DNA of 64,000 nucleotides, from the NCBI GenBank assembly GCA_965262775.1, contig CBDHFT010000005.1, positions 17,760 through 81,759 on the forward strand. The letters run 5' to 3'. A model generated the notes under the pieces. It had not been told where the DNA came from, did not search any database, and was given only the letters and a program-made list of their open reading frames with translations. Origin of the DNA: Alphaproteobacteria bacterium. Its GTDB lineage: Bacteria > Pseudomonadota > Alphaproteobacteria > JASGCL01. The stretch's first letter is position 1. Each line of letters starts with the position of its first letter. Position numbers and translations under genes: made by a program. Of the stretch, positions 8,590 to 19,522 are shown one piece after another.

Positions 8590-10983
8590 ATGAAATTTAC
8601 CTTATCATGGCTTGCTGACCATTTGGATACCACGGCCGATACCCAAACCATTGCCAACACCCTAACCCATATAGGGTTGGAGGTTGAAACAATGGAAGAC
8701 AAGGGCGCGATGTTAAAGCCATTTGTGATTGGCGAAGTCATGGAATGCGGCAAACACCCCAACGCTGATAAATTATCTTTGTGCAAGGTTTCTGATGGCA
8801 AGCAAACTTTCCAAGTCGTATGCGGTGCCCCCAATGTGCGCCAAGGGTTAAAGGTGGTTATGGCCCATGTCGGCGACACTATCCCGCGCTCGGGCGTGAT
8901 ATTAAACGAAGGGGTCATTCGCGGCATGGCGTCGCAAGCCATGTTATGTTCAAACTATGAATTATGTTTGGGCGATGACCACGATGGCATCATCGAATTA
9001 CCCAAGGATGCCCCCATGGGTAAAAATTATGCCGCCTGGGCAAGTTTGAACGATGTGATGTTCGACATCAAACTAACCCCTAATCGCGGTGATTGTTTGG
9101 GGGTGCGGGGCATAGCACGCGACCTGGCGGCCGCGGGGTTGGGAACATTGAAACCGCTTAATGTCAAATCAATCGCGGGAGGCTTTCCCTCCCCACTCCT
9201 ATGGAAAATTGAATCCGCCGCGGCCGAAGCCTGCCCCCTGGTTATGGGGCGATATTTTAAAGGGGTAAAGAACTGCCCCTCCCCCGCTTGGTTAAAAGCA
9301 AAATTAGCATCGGTGGGCATGAAGTCAATCTCCGCCCTGGTGGATATTACAAATTATTTGTCGCAGGATTTGGCGCGCCCCCTCCATGTATTTTCGGCCA
9401 AAAAATTAAAACCTGGCGATATAACCATGCGTTATGCGAAACAAGGCGAAAAAATATTGGCACTTGATGAAAAAGAATATAGCCTGGATGATAAAATGTT
9501 GGTGATAGATAATGCGGGGGCGGTTGCATCGGTTGGCGGTATCATGGGCGGGCTTGCCAGTGGTTGCCAATTGGACGATACCGATATTTTTTTAGAAGTT
9601 GCTTATTTTGAACCAACGGGCATTGCACGAACTGGGCGGTTGTTAAATTTGCTATCCGATGCGCGTTATCGGTTTGAACGCGGTATAGACCCCGAAGGTT
9701 TGCAGTTAGGATTGGATAGAGCTACCCAATTGATATTAGAAATATGCGGCGGCGAAGCATCCACCATCACCACGGCGGGCAAAAAACTACCGCCACAAAA
9801 ACCTATCGATTTTTCGCCAGCCAAAGTTAAAACCTACGGCGGTTTGACGCTGGGCGATGATGTTATCGAAAAAAAATTAACCGCCCTGGGTTTTGTCATC
9901 AACAAAGGCAACCCAACCTGGCAAGTCATCGCACCCAGTTGGCGCCGCGATATTGAAAATGATAATTGTTTGGTAGAAGAAGTATTGCGGTTGCACGGTT
10001 TTGATAAAATCCCCGATGTTGCCCTGCCCCGCCTCATGCCTCACCAAGCCATCAATGAGCAAGGACGGCGATTGATGACCATGCGCCGCGCCCTGGCGCA
10101 ATGTGGATTTTATGAAACCATCACCTGGTCATTTACAAAAGAATCTTTGGCTACCGACTTTGGGGGTTCGCCTGCCTTGGAGATTATCAAATTGCAAAAC
10201 CCTATCCATAGCGACATGGATTGCATGCGCCCTTCCGTCCTATGTAATCTTATTTTGGCCGCGGGTTATAATCAAGCGCGTAACCTGTCGCCCATTTACC
10301 TGTTTGAATCGGGTTTGGCATTTCATGGGGTTGAGCCCGAGCAACAGGTGCCGATGATAGCAGGCATAAAATTGAGCGCGGACGAACAACATTGGCAAAA
10401 ATTGCCGCCGCTTGATGCCTTCGTTATCAAATCGGACATGTTTGCCGCTATAGAATCGGTTGGGTTTAATCCCCATAACCTGCAAATAAAGCAAGATAAT
10501 ATACCACCGCATTATCACCCCCATGCGGCGGCCAGCCTGAACCTTGGGAAAGATATTGTCGGGTATTTTGGCGAACTTCACCCCGCCGTGTTGGCGCGCC
10601 ATGGCGTAACGGGCAAATTATTTGGCTTCGAAATTTTTATGGATAAGATTCCCGTGGCGCATGAAGCGAAATCGCGCGCCAAGCCGCCGCTTATAGTAAA
10701 TGATTTGCCGCGCGTGCATCGTGATTTTGCTTTTTTGGTTGATAAAAATATAACCGCGGCACAGATAGTCAATGCGATAAAAAAGGCAGATAAGAAATTC
10801 ATTGACAATGTCAGGATATTTGATATTTATCAAGATATCAAACATCCATCGCAAACCTCGATAGCATTACGGGTCACCATCATCCCCGATGGCAAAACCT
10901 TATCCGATATCGAAATAAAAACTATCAGCGACAAAATTGTTGCCGAGGTGCTTCGTGCCACCAACGGACAATTGCGCCAATAA
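8590..10983 (+). CDS. pheT: phenylalanine--tRNA ligase beta subunit
   Basis: MKFTLSWLADHLDT is the classic PheT N-terminus. About 798 aa. B3/4, B5 and FDX-ACB domains are recognisable. Confidence 0.9.
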   Translation: MKFTLSWLADHLDTTADTQTIANTLTHIGLEVETMEDKGAMLKPFVIGEVMECGKHPNADKLSLCKVSDGKQTFQVVCGAPNVRQGLKVVMAHVGDTIPRSGVILNEGVIRGMASQAMLCSNYELCLGDDHDGIIELPKDAPMGKNYAAWASLNDVMFDIKLTPNRGDCLGVRGIARDLAAAGLGTLKPLNVKSIAGGFPSPLLWKIESAAAEACPLVMGRYFKGVKNCPSPAWLKAKLASVGMKSISALVDITNYLSQDLARPLHVFSAKKLKPGDITMRYAKQGEKILALDEKEYSLDDKMLVIDNAGAVASVGGIMGGLASGCQLDDTDIFLEVAYFEPTGIARTGRLLNLLSDARYRFERGIDPEGLQLGLDRATQLILEICGGEASTITTAGKKLPPQKPIDFSPAKVKTYGGLTLGDDVIEKKLTALGFVINKGNPTWQVIAPSWRRDIENDNCLVEEVLRLHGFDKIPDVALPRLMPHQAINEQGRRLMTMRRALAQCGFYETITWSFTKESLATDFGGSPALEIIKLQNPIHSDMDCMRPSVLCNLILAAGYNQARNLSPIYLFESGLAFHGVEPEQQVPMIAGIKLSADEQHWQKLPPLDAFVIKSDMFAAIESVGFNPHNLQIKQDNIPPHYHPHAAASLNLGKDIVGYFGELHPAVLARHGVTGKLFGFEIFMDKIPVAHEAKSRAKPPLIVNDLPRVHRDFAFLVDKNITAAQIVNAIKKADKKFIDNVRIFDIYQDIKHPSQTSIALRVTIIPDGKTLSDIEIKTISDKIVAEVLRATNGQLRQ

Positions 10984-11013
10984 GAATAACAGATTATCAT
11001 CGAGGAGATTATC

Positions 11014-13866
11014 ATGCAGCAAAGCAAAATCATTATAAAAGGCGCAAGACAAAATAATTTAAAAAATATATCGTTGGAACTACCCCGCGATCAATTGGTG
11101 GTTATAACGGGGCTTTCAGGTTCGGGGAAATCTTCCCTCGCTTTTGATACTATTTTTGCAGAAGGGCAAAGACGTTATGTCGAAAGCCTTTCATCCTACG
11201 CCAGACAGTTTCTGGAAATGATGCAAAAGCCCGATGTCGATTCCATCGACGGTCTGTCGCCCGCTATTTCGATTGAGCAAAAAACGACTTCGCGCAATCC
11301 CCGTTCCACCGTCGGCACGGTAACCGAAATCTATGACTACATGCGTCTCTTGTGGGCGCGGGTTGGCATTCCCTACTCCCCCGCTACGGGCTTGCCGATA
11401 GAAAGCCAAACCGTGAGTCAAATGGTTGACAGCGTGCTTAAAATGAGCGAAGGCACCAAAATATTCGTCATGGCCCCCGTGGTGCGTGGGCGCAAAGGCG
11501 AATACCGCAAGGAAATGCTGGATTACCGCAAAAAAGGATTCCAACGTATCAAAATCGATGGCAGTTTTTATGAACTTGATGATATTCCCAGCCTTGATAA
11601 AAACCTTAAGCATGATATTTCTGTCGTGGTTGACCGACTGGTGGTCAATAAAAAAGACAATGATGCCGAAAAAGAATTTACCCGTCGCTTGGCCGATAGC
11701 ATCGAGCAGGCGTTAAAACTAAGCGAAGGGTTGATGACCATAGAAGAAGCCGAGGGCGGCAAACAACATATTTTTTCTGAACAATTTTCTTGCCCCGTTT
11801 CGGGCTTTACTATCGAAGAAATCGAGCCAAGGCTTTTTTCTTTTAATAATCCCCATGGTGCTTGCGCGGCCTGTGGCGGGATTGGTGAAAAACGCACCAT
11901 CGATGAATTGCTGTTGGTGCCCAACGATAAATTATCGTTGGAGGAAGGAGCCTTGCAAGGTTGGGGCGGACAAAACCCCGCCCCTTGGTATCGCCAAACA
12001 TTGGAAACGGTTTGCAAAGCCTTCGGCGGCGATATGCACACCCCTTACCGCGACCTGCCCGCTAAAACCAAGAAAGCCATCATCCATGGCACAAAAGAAG
12101 CCCTTAATTTTCAATTTGATGACGGCGTAAGGAAAGTAAAAACGTTAAAACCATTCGAAGGCGTCATCCATAATTTGGAACGGCGTTATCGCGAAACCGA
12201 ATCAAATTGGGCGCGCGAAGAGATAGAACGCTACATGTCGGTGGTGGCTTGCGATGTTTGCCAAGGACAACGTTTGAAACCCGAAGCCCTGGCGGTAAAA
12301 ATTAACCAGAAAAATATATCGGATGTAACGGGGTTATCGATTAGTCAGGCGCAAAAATGGTTTAAAGAATTATCCAGCCATCTTGACAAAAAACGCCAAA
12401 CCATCGCCGAGCGTATCTTGCGTGAAATTAATGAACGTTTGCAATTTTTGGATAATGTCGGGTTGGATTATTTAAGCCTGTCGCGCGCGGCGGGTAGTTT
12501 ATCGGGCGGGGAATCGCAACGTATTCGCCTGGCATCACAAATTGGTTCGGGCCTAACGGGCGTGCTGTATGTGCTAGACGAACCGTCGATTGGTTTGCAC
12601 CAACGCGACAACGCGCGGCTTTTGACGACTTTGGAAAAATTACGCGACCTCGGCAATACTGTTATTGTGGTGGAGCATGACGAAGATGCCATGCGCCATG
12701 CTGATTTCTTAATCGACATTGGCCCTGGGGCTGGGGTGCACGGCGGGCATTTGGTGGCGATTGGCACACCCGCGCAAGTTTTAAAATCGAAAGACAGCAT
12801 CACCGCGCAATATCTTTCGGGCAGGAAGTCTATCGCCCTCCCCAAACAACGGCGCAAAGGCAATGGCAAGAAATTGGGAATCAGCGGCGCAAAATCAAAC
12901 AACCTTAAAGATGTTGCGATTGAAATTCCGCTTGGTTGCCTTACTTGCGTTACTGGCGTTTCTGGTTCGGGCAAATCAACTTTGATATTGGAAACCCTTT
13001 ACCCCGCCCTGTCCAAAGCCTTGATGGGCAGCACCTTCCCTGGTTTACCCTACGACAAATTGGAAAATTCAGTTTATTTGGATAAGGTCATCGACATTGA
13101 CCAATCCCCTATTGGCAGGACGCCGCGCTCTAACCCCGCGACCTACACCGGGCTTTTTACCCCGATAAGGGATTGGTACACCAATTTACCTGAATCAAAA
13201 GCACGCGGTTATGACGCGGGACGTTTTAGTTTTAATGTTAAGGGCGGCCGTTGCGAATCTTGCCAGGGTGATGGCGTGTTAAAAATTGAGATGCATTTTT
13301 TACCCGATGTTTATGTAACCTGCGACCAATGTAGGGGTAAGCGTTACAACCGTGAAACATTGGATATTACCTGGCGTGATAAAAATATTTTTGATATTTT
13401 AGATATGACGGTTGAGGAAGGCCATAAATTCTTTGCCGCCGTTCCCTTTATCAAAGAAAAATTAGAAACCTTGGAACGGGTCGGGCTTGGTTATATAAAA
13501 ATTGGTCAATCGGCGACAACATTGTCAGGTGGGGAAGCTCAGCGTATAAAATTAGCCAAAGAATTATCGCGCAAAGCAACGGGTAAAACTATTTATATTT
13601 TGGATGAACCCACCACGGGTTTGCATATCGAAGATGTTCGCAAATTGTTGGATGTGTTGCAAGCCCTGGTCGACCAAGGTAACACCGTGTTGGTTATCGA
13701 ACATAATTTGGAAGTTATCAAATGTGCCGATTGGGTTATTGACATGGGACCAGAGGGCGGCGATAAAGGCGGCGAAGTGGTCGCGGTGGGCACCCCCGAA
13801 GATATTGCCATGGCGAGCAAATCCTTGACGGGCGAATTCTTAAAACCTATCCTGCGGCGTAAATAA
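11014..13866 (+). CDS. uvrA: excinuclease ABC subunit A
   Basis: Two ABC ATPase modules: [14 protein letters not shown] and [10 protein letters not shown] Walker A motifs, LSGGE signatures, and zinc-finger Cys clusters. 950 aa. Confidence 0.95.
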   Translation: MQQSKIIIKGARQNNLKNISLELPRDQLVVITGLSGSGKSSLAFDTIFAEGQRRYVESLSSYARQFLEMMQKPDVDSIDGLSPAISIEQKTTSRNPRSTVGTVTEIYDYMRLLWARVGIPYSPATGLPIESQTVSQMVDSVLKMSEGTKIFVMAPVVRGRKGEYRKEMLDYRKKGFQRIKIDGSFYELDDIPSLDKNLKHDISVVVDRLVVNKKDNDAEKEFTRRLADSIEQALKLSEGLMTIEEAEGGKQHIFSEQFSCPVSGFTIEEIEPRLFSFNNPHGACAACGGIGEKRTIDELLLVPNDKLSLEEGALQGWGGQNPAPWYRQTLETVCKAFGGDMHTPYRDLPAKTKKAIIHGTKEALNFQFDDGVRKVKTLKPFEGVIHNLERRYRETESNWAREEIERYMSVVACDVCQGQRLKPEALAVKINQKNISDVTGLSISQAQKWFKELSSHLDKKRQTIAERILREINERLQFLDNVGLDYLSLSRAAGSLSGGESQRIRLASQIGSGLTGVLYVLDEPSIGLHQRDNARLLTTLEKLRDLGNTVIVVEHDEDAMRHADFLIDIGPGAGVHGGHLVAIGTPAQVLKSKDSITAQYLSGRKSIALPKQRRKGNGKKLGISGAKSNNLKDVAIEIPLGCLTCVTGVSGSGKSTLILETLYPALSKALMGSTFPGLPYDKLENSVYLDKVIDIDQSPIGRTPRSNPATYTGLFTPIRDWYTNLPESKARGYDAGRFSFNVKGGRCESCQGDGVLKIEMHFLPDVYVTCDQCRGKRYNRETLDITWRDKNIFDILDMTVEEGHKFFAAVPFIKEKLETLERVGLGYIKIGQSATTLSGGEAQRIKLAKELSRKATGKTIYILDEPTTGLHIEDVRKLLDVLQALVDQGNTVLVIEHNLEVIKCADWVIDMGPEGGDKGGEVVAVGTPEDIAMASKSLTGEFLKPILRRK

Positions 13867-13878
13867 TAAAAAAAATCC

Positions 13879-14226
13879 ATGAGCCAACCATTAGACCTAG
13901 CGGTAAAAATATTTTTATTGATATTTGATGGCGTCGCCCAGTTTTATTATTGGGTGGCTATCTTGCATATCCTGTTATCATGGTTGATTAGTTTTAATAT
14001 CATCGATGTTCATCATCGTGTTATCGGCAGGGTGGTTGATGTCATCAATAGAATTGTCATGCCAGTATATGATTGGATTTATAATTTTTTAAAGCCGATT
14101 GGCGGTGGCATTATCGCCATGTTTGATTTCAGGCCCATGCTATTCATCTTGTTTCTTTACTTTTTTCAACCGATGGTTCATGCTATGGTTTATAAACTTA
14201 TTTATTTTTTAACAACTATTAATTAA
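13879..14226 (+). CDS. YggT-family small membrane protein
   Basis: 115 aa, hydrophobic. The [18 protein letters not shown]...DFRP stretch resembles the YGGT repeat consensus. Confidence 0.5.
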   Translation: MSQPLDLAVKIFLLIFDGVAQFYYWVAILHILLSWLISFNIIDVHHRVIGRVVDVINRIVMPVYDWIYNFLKPIGGGIIAMFDFRPMLFILFLYFFQPMVHAMVYKLIYFLTTIN

Positions 14227-14260
14227 CAATTATCATCAACTAGTCTGGGCATTTATTAGC

Positions 14261-15142
14261 ATGACAAAAATTATTGATGGCAAAGCATTTGCCGATAACC
14301 TTGTAAAAAACATTGCCAGCGAAACCGCTAAAATAATTGCCAAGGGCATCAAACCTTGCCTGGTGGTGGTTTTGGTGGGGGATAATCCCGCGTCGGAGGT
14401 TTATGTTAAAAATAAAGTAAAAACCACCATGGCGGCGGGGATGGAAAGTCGCGAACATCGCTTACCCGCCACCACTTCTGAAAAGGAATTGCTCGACCTT
14501 ATTGACCAATTAAATAAAGATAAGAGCGTTAATGGTATTTTGGTTCAATTGCCGTTGCCCAAGGGGTTGGATGAACATAAGGTTATACAAAAAATTGCCG
14601 TGGAAAAAGATGTGGATGGTTTTCATTTAACCAATGTTGGGTTGCTCAGCACGGGAAATAAATCGGCTTTGGTGCCCTGCACCCCCTATGGCTGTTTGCT
14701 ATTATTGCAAGACATCTATCAAACAAAAGATTTATCGGGCAAGAAGGCCGCCATCATCGGGCGATCCAACATTGTTGGCAAACCGATGTTCCAACTTTTG
14801 TTGGGTGCCAACGCGACGCCAACCATTTTGCACAGCAAAACAAAAAATATAGAAAGCGAATTATCGCAATATGATATTGTGGTGGCGGCGGTGGGCGTGC
14901 CCGAAATGGTTAAGGGCGAATGGTTAAAAAAAGATGCCGTGGTTATCGATGTTGGTATTAATCGCATAGAACGCAATGGCAAGAAAATTATTGTCGGCGA
15001 TGTTGATACTGCCTCGGCCATGAATATTGCCGCGGCCATCACGCCAGTGCCTGGCGGGGTTGGCCCCATGACCATTGCCTGTTTGTTGCGCAATACCTTG
15101 ATAGCCACCGCACGCCAACATGGTTTAAACGACATGATGTAA
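14261..15142 (+). CDS. folD: bifunctional methylenetetrahydrofolate dehydrogenase/cyclohydrolase
   Basis: [11 protein letters not shown] start, and the motifs [16 protein letters not shown] and [10 protein letters not shown]. Confidence 0.9.
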   Translation: MTKIIDGKAFADNLVKNIASETAKIIAKGIKPCLVVVLVGDNPASEVYVKNKVKTTMAAGMESREHRLPATTSEKELLDLIDQLNKDKSVNGILVQLPLPKGLDEHKVIQKIAVEKDVDGFHLTNVGLLSTGNKSALVPCTPYGCLLLLQDIYQTKDLSGKKAAIIGRSNIVGKPMFQLLLGANATPTILHSKTKNIESELSQYDIVVAAVGVPEMVKGEWLKKDAVVIDVGINRIERNGKKIIVGDVDTASAMNIAAAITPVPGGVGPMTIACLLRNTLIATARQHGLNDMM

Positions 15143-15161
15143 GCAGGATACGGTAGCCGCG

Positions 15162-15917
15162 GTGATAGAAGTTTATCATCATAGCAAATATTATAAAATG
15201 ATAAGCAAACCAATGGCTGATATGTCGCGAAAGTCAGGCGCAAGGGCGGTGAAGAATTTAACCGCGGCTGTGGATAAAAATTTAAGCAAAAAAGTTGAGG
15301 CTATATTTTCAGCCTTTCGCCAGCATAACCCCGAACCCAAGGGTGAATTATATTACATCAACGAATTTACATTATTGCTGGCGGTTATTTTATCGGCCCA
15401 GGCGACCGATTCGGGCGTCAACAAGGCAACCAAAATATTATTTGAAAAAATTAAAACACCGCAAGATGTTATCAGCATGGGGTTAGAAAACTTAACCGCG
15501 GGGGTTAAATCAATTGGGCTATATCGCACCAAGGCCGCCAATATCATGAAAACATGCCAGTTATTAATAGAAAAACACGCGGGCCAGGTGCCGCAAACCA
15601 TGGATGAATTGCGTTCCTTGCCAGGGGTGGGCAGGAAAACCGCCAATGTGGTATTGAATATAGCCTTTGGCAAACCAACCATCGCGGTTGATACCCATGT
15701 GTTTCGGGTTAGCAACCGTTTGGGTTTGTGCAACACGAGCAACCCCGAAAAAACCGAAGCCGCTTTGCTAGCCATCATCCCCCAAGATTTTTTACAACAT
15801 GCACACCATTGGCTGATTTTGCATGGTCGTTACATATGCAAAGCGCAAAACCCGCAATGCAACCAATGTTTTTTGACGACCTATTGCAATTTCTACAAAG
15901 CCAATTTTTCTAAGTGA
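15162..15917 (+). CDS. nth: endonuclease III; the true start is probably at the internal MISKP/MADMS (about 15198-15213)
   Basis: The HhH-GPD motifs LSAQATD and LPGVGRKTANVVL are present. The C-terminal 4Fe-4S cluster loop reads C-x6-C-x2-C-x5-C. Confidence 0.85.
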   Translation: MIEVYHHSKYYKMISKPMADMSRKSGARAVKNLTAAVDKNLSKKVEAIFSAFRQHNPEPKGELYYINEFTLLLAVILSAQATDSGVNKATKILFEKIKTPQDVISMGLENLTAGVKSIGLYRTKAANIMKTCQLLIEKHAGQVPQTMDELRSLPGVGRKTANVVLNIAFGKPTIAVDTHVFRVSNRLGLCNTSNPEKTEAALLAIIPQDFLQHAHHWLILHGRYICKAQNPQCNQCFLTTYCNFYKANFSK

Positions 15918-16600
15918 CGTGTTTTTTCCTCTATCCGTTTTTGCAACTCTTTTAAAAAATCATCTTTATTCAACCCCGTCGGCATGGCGGGCAAAATAGC
16001 AATCTCGGCCTTACCCTGGCGCATCATTGCTTTGTTCCAAAAACACCCGGTATTTAATGCCACGGGGTATATGGGAATACCCAGGCGGCTGGTCATGTAA
16101 ACCCCAGGCTGATAGGGACGTGTTTTGCCCACCGCGGTGCGGGTGCCCTCAGGAAATATTACCAACACCCGTTTTTTAGCGATTTGTTTTTTCATGCCTT
16201 TGATAACTGCCAACATCGCCCCTGCCCCCGCCTTACGGTCGATGGCAATATTTTCAACCGATTTTAAAAATCCACCAACCAGGGGAATGGACAACAATTC
16301 CTTTTTTAATATGACGCACGGATTATAAAAATGAACCGACAGCAACAATGTTTCGAACATCGATTGATGTTTCATCGCCAACACAAATGGTGGCTTGGTC
16401 AGGTTTTCTGCGCCCGTTATTTGATAAGATAAACCCACAATGTGGCGAAGACCCCAGAGGAGTCCTTCCTCCCACAACTTGGAAAGCAAATAAACTGCAT
16501 GTTGGTTTTTGATAATATAAAGCGGGGAAAAAATAATCCCCAACACCAACGTCCAGATGGCAGCAAAAAGATAATAGCTATATTGTCTTATGAAAGACAT
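15893..16600 (-). CDS. plsC: 1-acyl-sn-glycerol-3-phosphate acyltransferase
   Basis: An HxxxxE-type motif (KHQSMFE) and the FPEGTRT motif are present, preceded by an N-terminal TM helix. Confidence 0.8.
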   Translation of the reverse strand: MSFIRQYSYYLFAAIWTLVLGIIFSPLYIIKNQHAVYLLSKLWEEGLLWGLRHIVGLSYQITGAENLTKPPFVLAMKHQSMFETLLLSVHFYNPCVILKKELLSIPLVGGFLKSVENIAIDRKAGAGAMLAVIKGMKKQIAKKRVLVIFPEGTRTAVGKTRPYQPGVYMTSRLGIPIYPVALNTGCFWNKAMMRQGKAEIAILPAMPTGLNKDDFLKELQKRIEEKTRHLEKLAL

Positions 16601-16615
16601 CCTGCCCTCATCAAG

Positions 16616-17878
16616 CTACTGATTCATCGTCTCAAAGAAATCGGTGTTGCTCTTGGTTGATTTTAATTTTTCATTCAAAAATTCCATGGCTTCGATGGTC
16701 CCCATGGGGTTCAGCACGCGGCGCAACACCCACATTTTTGATAGGGTATTTTTGTCAACCAACATTTCTTCCTTACGCGTGCCCGATTTCACCACGTCGA
16801 TGGCGGGGAAAATACGTTTATCAGAAATTTTTCTATCCAACACTATCTCGGCATTGCCCGTGCCTTTGAATTCTTCGAATATAACCTCGTCCATCCGCGA
16901 ACCAGTATCTATCAAGGCGGTTGAAATAATGGTCAAGGAGCCGCCCTCTTCAATATTTCTTGCCGCACCAAAAAAACGTTTGGGGCGTTGTAAGGCATTG
17001 GCGTCAACGCCGCCCGTCAAAACCTTGCCCGAGGAGGGCACCACGGTGTTATAAGCCCGACCCAATCGCGTGATGGAATCAAGCAAGATAACGACGTCTT
17101 TTTTATGTTCAACCAATCTTTTGGCCTTGGCTATCACCATATCGGCTACCTGGACATGGCGTGTCGCGGGTTCGTCGAAAGTCGATGATATAACATCGCC
17201 ACGGACGCTACGTTGCATGTCGGTTACTTCTTCGGGGCGTTCGTCAATCAACAGCACCATCAAATAAATCTCGGGGTGATTTTTTTCTAAAGCATGGGCG
17301 ATATTTTGCATGATAACAGTTTTACCCGTGCGCGGTGGCGCGACTATCAATGCACGTTGCCCCTTCCCCAATGGTGCGACCAATTCAATAACCCGCGTTG
17401 TAAAATCGCGTTTGCCATCTTTGTCCAATTCTATTTCTAATTTCAATTTTTGTGTGGGATAAAGCGGCGTCAAATTATCAAAATTAACCCGATTCTTGCA
17501 CAAAGCAGGATCGCCAAAATTAACCTCGGCCACTTCATCAAGTGAAAAGTATTTTTCGCCTTCCTTTGGCGCGACGATGCCACCACTGATGGTGTCGCCC
17601 GTGCGCAATGATAAAGATTTGATGGTGTTGGGCGAAACATAAATATCATCTGGCCCCGCCAAATAATTTGATTCGGTGGAACGTAAAAAACCAAACCCAT
17701 CTTGCATAACTTCCAACACGCCATGGGCCGATATGGCTTCGCCCTTTTCGGCGATGGATTTTAAAATGGCAAACATCATTTCCTGGCGACGCATCGCGGC
17801 TGGGTTTTCTACCCCATTTTTTTCGGCGAGCGTTAATAAATCGCCCGTATTCTTAGAAGAGAGTTCTTTAAGATGCAT
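16616..17878 (-). CDS. rho: transcription termination factor Rho (start set at the internal MHLKEL)
   Basis: Near-colinear with E. coli Rho throughout: the RNA-binding GFGFLR, the Walker A motif GKT in PPRTGKTV, and LIDERPEEV. The extra 16 N-terminal codons in the track have no homology. Confidence 0.9.
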   Translation of the reverse strand: MHLKELSSKNTGDLLTLAEKNGVENPAAMRRQEMMFAILKSIAEKGEAISAHGVLEVMQDGFGFLRSTESNYLAGPDDIYVSPNTIKSLSLRTGDTISGGIVAPKEGEKYFSLDEVAEVNFGDPALCKNRVNFDNLTPLYPTQKLKLEIELDKDGKRDFTTRVIELVAPLGKGQRALIVAPPRTGKTVIMQNIAHALEKNHPEIYLMVLLIDERPEEVTDMQRSVRGDVISSTFDEPATRHVQVADMVIAKAKRLVEHKKDVVILLDSITRLGRAYNTVVPSSGKVLTGGVDANALQRPKRFFGAARNIEEGGSLTIISTALIDTGSRMDEVIFEEFKGTGNAEIVLDRKISDKRIFPAIDVVKSGTRKEEMLVDKNTLSKMWVLRRVLNPMGTIEAMEFLNEKLKSTKSNTDFFETMNQ

Positions 17879-18027
17879 GATATTTCCTATAACAATTTGT
17901 GGTCTTGTGTTTTTGAAAAAAAACAAGGCGTCAGAACGATACCTTTAAAAATTATTCCTGACCCTAAACCACCTATATATCATTGTCAATTGATTTTTTA
18001 TTAAATAAGGACTATATTACTACTGTA

Positions 18028-18609
18028 ATGTTCATCGAAACCGAAACAACCCCCAATCCTGAGGTTTTAACCTTTCGCCCACAATTGGATAGTGGCCGTA
18101 TGGAATTACCACGCGAAATAGCCTTCACCAACAAGGAAGCGGCAAAAACCGCCTCTCCCCTCGCCTATCAATTATTTTCGTTGGATGGCGTGCAAGAGGT
18201 TTTTTTGGGCAGGGATTTTATTTCGGTCATGAAGGGAAAAGATATATCGTGGGCTAGCCTACGCCCCCTTATCATCAGCAACATCACCGATTATATTGCG
18301 GGCGGTGGTAAAATTATTTCGGAGGGGGCATTGCAACAAAGCCAAGAAGAGAAGAAAGTTGCCTATGACCCGAAAGATGCCCCAACGGTTGAGAAAATCG
18401 AAGAATTAATCGAAACCCGTATTCGCCCCGCCGTGGCGCGCGATGGCGGGAATATAGTGTTGCAAGCCTACGACAAGGGCGTGGTTTACCTAAGTATGCA
18501 AGGGGCCTGCTCGGGTTGCCCCTCCTCCACCGCTACATTGCAATCGGGGATAGAGAATATGCTCAAGCATTTCATTCCCGAAGTCACCGAAGTGCGCCAA
18601 GCCATGTAA
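18028..18609 (+). CDS. NfuA/NifU-like Fe-S cluster carrier (Nfu_N domain plus a NifU C-terminal domain)
   Basis: The conserved Nfu_N start MFIETETTPNP is present. The C-terminal CxxC motif (GACSGCPSS) is also present. Confidence 0.75.
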   Translation: MFIETETTPNPEVLTFRPQLDSGRMELPREIAFTNKEAAKTASPLAYQLFSLDGVQEVFLGRDFISVMKGKDISWASLRPLIISNITDYIAGGGKIISEGALQQSQEEKKVAYDPKDAPTVEKIEELIETRIRPAVARDGGNIVLQAYDKGVVYLSMQGACSGCPSSTATLQSGIENMLKHFIPEVTEVRQAM

Positions 18610-18620
18610 GCATTAAGAAG

Positions 18621-18908
18621 TTAGGCCTTGCGGCTTAACTCGGCGGTAAACCGTGGGTAGAGTGCCAAAAAGGGCGTGCCAAAAATTGGCAAAAGATAAA
18701 ACCCCGAGCGATTAACATCATGCAAACGCCGCACGGTCACCGACAGGGCTGGCAAGATAGTCAGGAAATAAAAAATCCAACCAACGACGGGCACAAACCA
18801 ACATGCCACACAAAAAAGATGAAACCACCAAAATTCTGAACGCCCAGCCCGACCCGAAAAGACAATAGATTTTGCAAAACAAGTTTGCAGGGATTCTAAT
18901 AAATACAT
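18621..18908 (-). CDS. DUF805-family inner membrane protein
   Basis: GRAGRSEFWWF followed by RRLHDVNRSGFYLL, the DUF805 (YhaH-like) signature. Confidence 0.65.
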   Translation of the reverse strand: MYLLESLQTCFAKSIVFSGRAGRSEFWWFHLFCVACWFVPVVGWIFYFLTILPALSVTVRRLHDVNRSGFYLLPIFGTPFLALYPRFTAELSRKA

Positions 18909-18917
18909 AACCTCATG

Positions 18918-19475
18918 TTATTTTTTATTTTTGAGCCTCTCCATGGTAAAAGTTTTTATGCCCCTTTGCAATTCTTCGACCGAATCTTTGCCGTAACTGT
19001 TAAGTCCCGCCGTGCCGCGTTGCAAGTAAATACTCACCAAAATAATTTCATAGATTAAACCACAATATAGCAAACTGGTTATTTTAAATTGCTCCACCAA
19101 CGAGGCGTTTTGAAAGAAAAAATCATTCATCGATTCGCCATGCAAGGTGGCGCGGGCAGCAAACAAAAACCACGGCACATAAAAAAATTTCGGCAATAAA
19201 AACCACCCCGAATATTCCACATCGTGCAAACGCCGCACATGGCATGGCACCAAAGATGGCAAAAAAAGCCCCATCGCCGTTAGGCTAAGCATCAAACCCC
19301 AGCCGTCGGCCGTCACCACCAAACATATTAATAATCCATAAATTATTTGGAAGCACCAAAATTCTAAACGGCTGGTGCGACCGCTATAAAGTTTAAACCC
19401 CATGAAGGAATTTTTAAAAATGTAAATAATTTTCCAAAAAAAATAAGGTAAATTATTTATCCCTGATTCTGCCAT
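18918..19475 (-). CDS. DUF805-family inner membrane protein (paralogue, longer)
   Basis: GRTSRLEFWCF followed by RRLHDVEYSGWFLL. It sits in tandem with the previous gene. Confidence 0.6.
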   Translation of the reverse strand: MAESGINNLPYFFWKIIYIFKNSFMGFKLYSGRTSRLEFWCFQIIYGLLICLVVTADGWGLMLSLTAMGLFLPSLVPCHVRRLHDVEYSGWFLLPKFFYVPWFLFAARATLHGESMNDFFFQNASLVEQFKITSLLYCGLIYEIILVSIYLQRGTAGLNSYGKDSVEELQRGIKTFTMERLKNKK

Positions 19476-19522
19476 AATCGCACAGTTATCAAATTGCCTT
19501 CAAAAATACAAGATAACAATTT

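Noticed and set aside
11568-12974. Long antisense ORFs inside uvrA (11568-12041, 12468-12974) and similar ones inside pheT, kup, hisS and ispG.
   Set aside because: They sit entirely within strongly homology-supported genes on the opposite strand. They show no recognisable motifs and have low-complexity composition. I treat them as frame artefacts of coding sequence.
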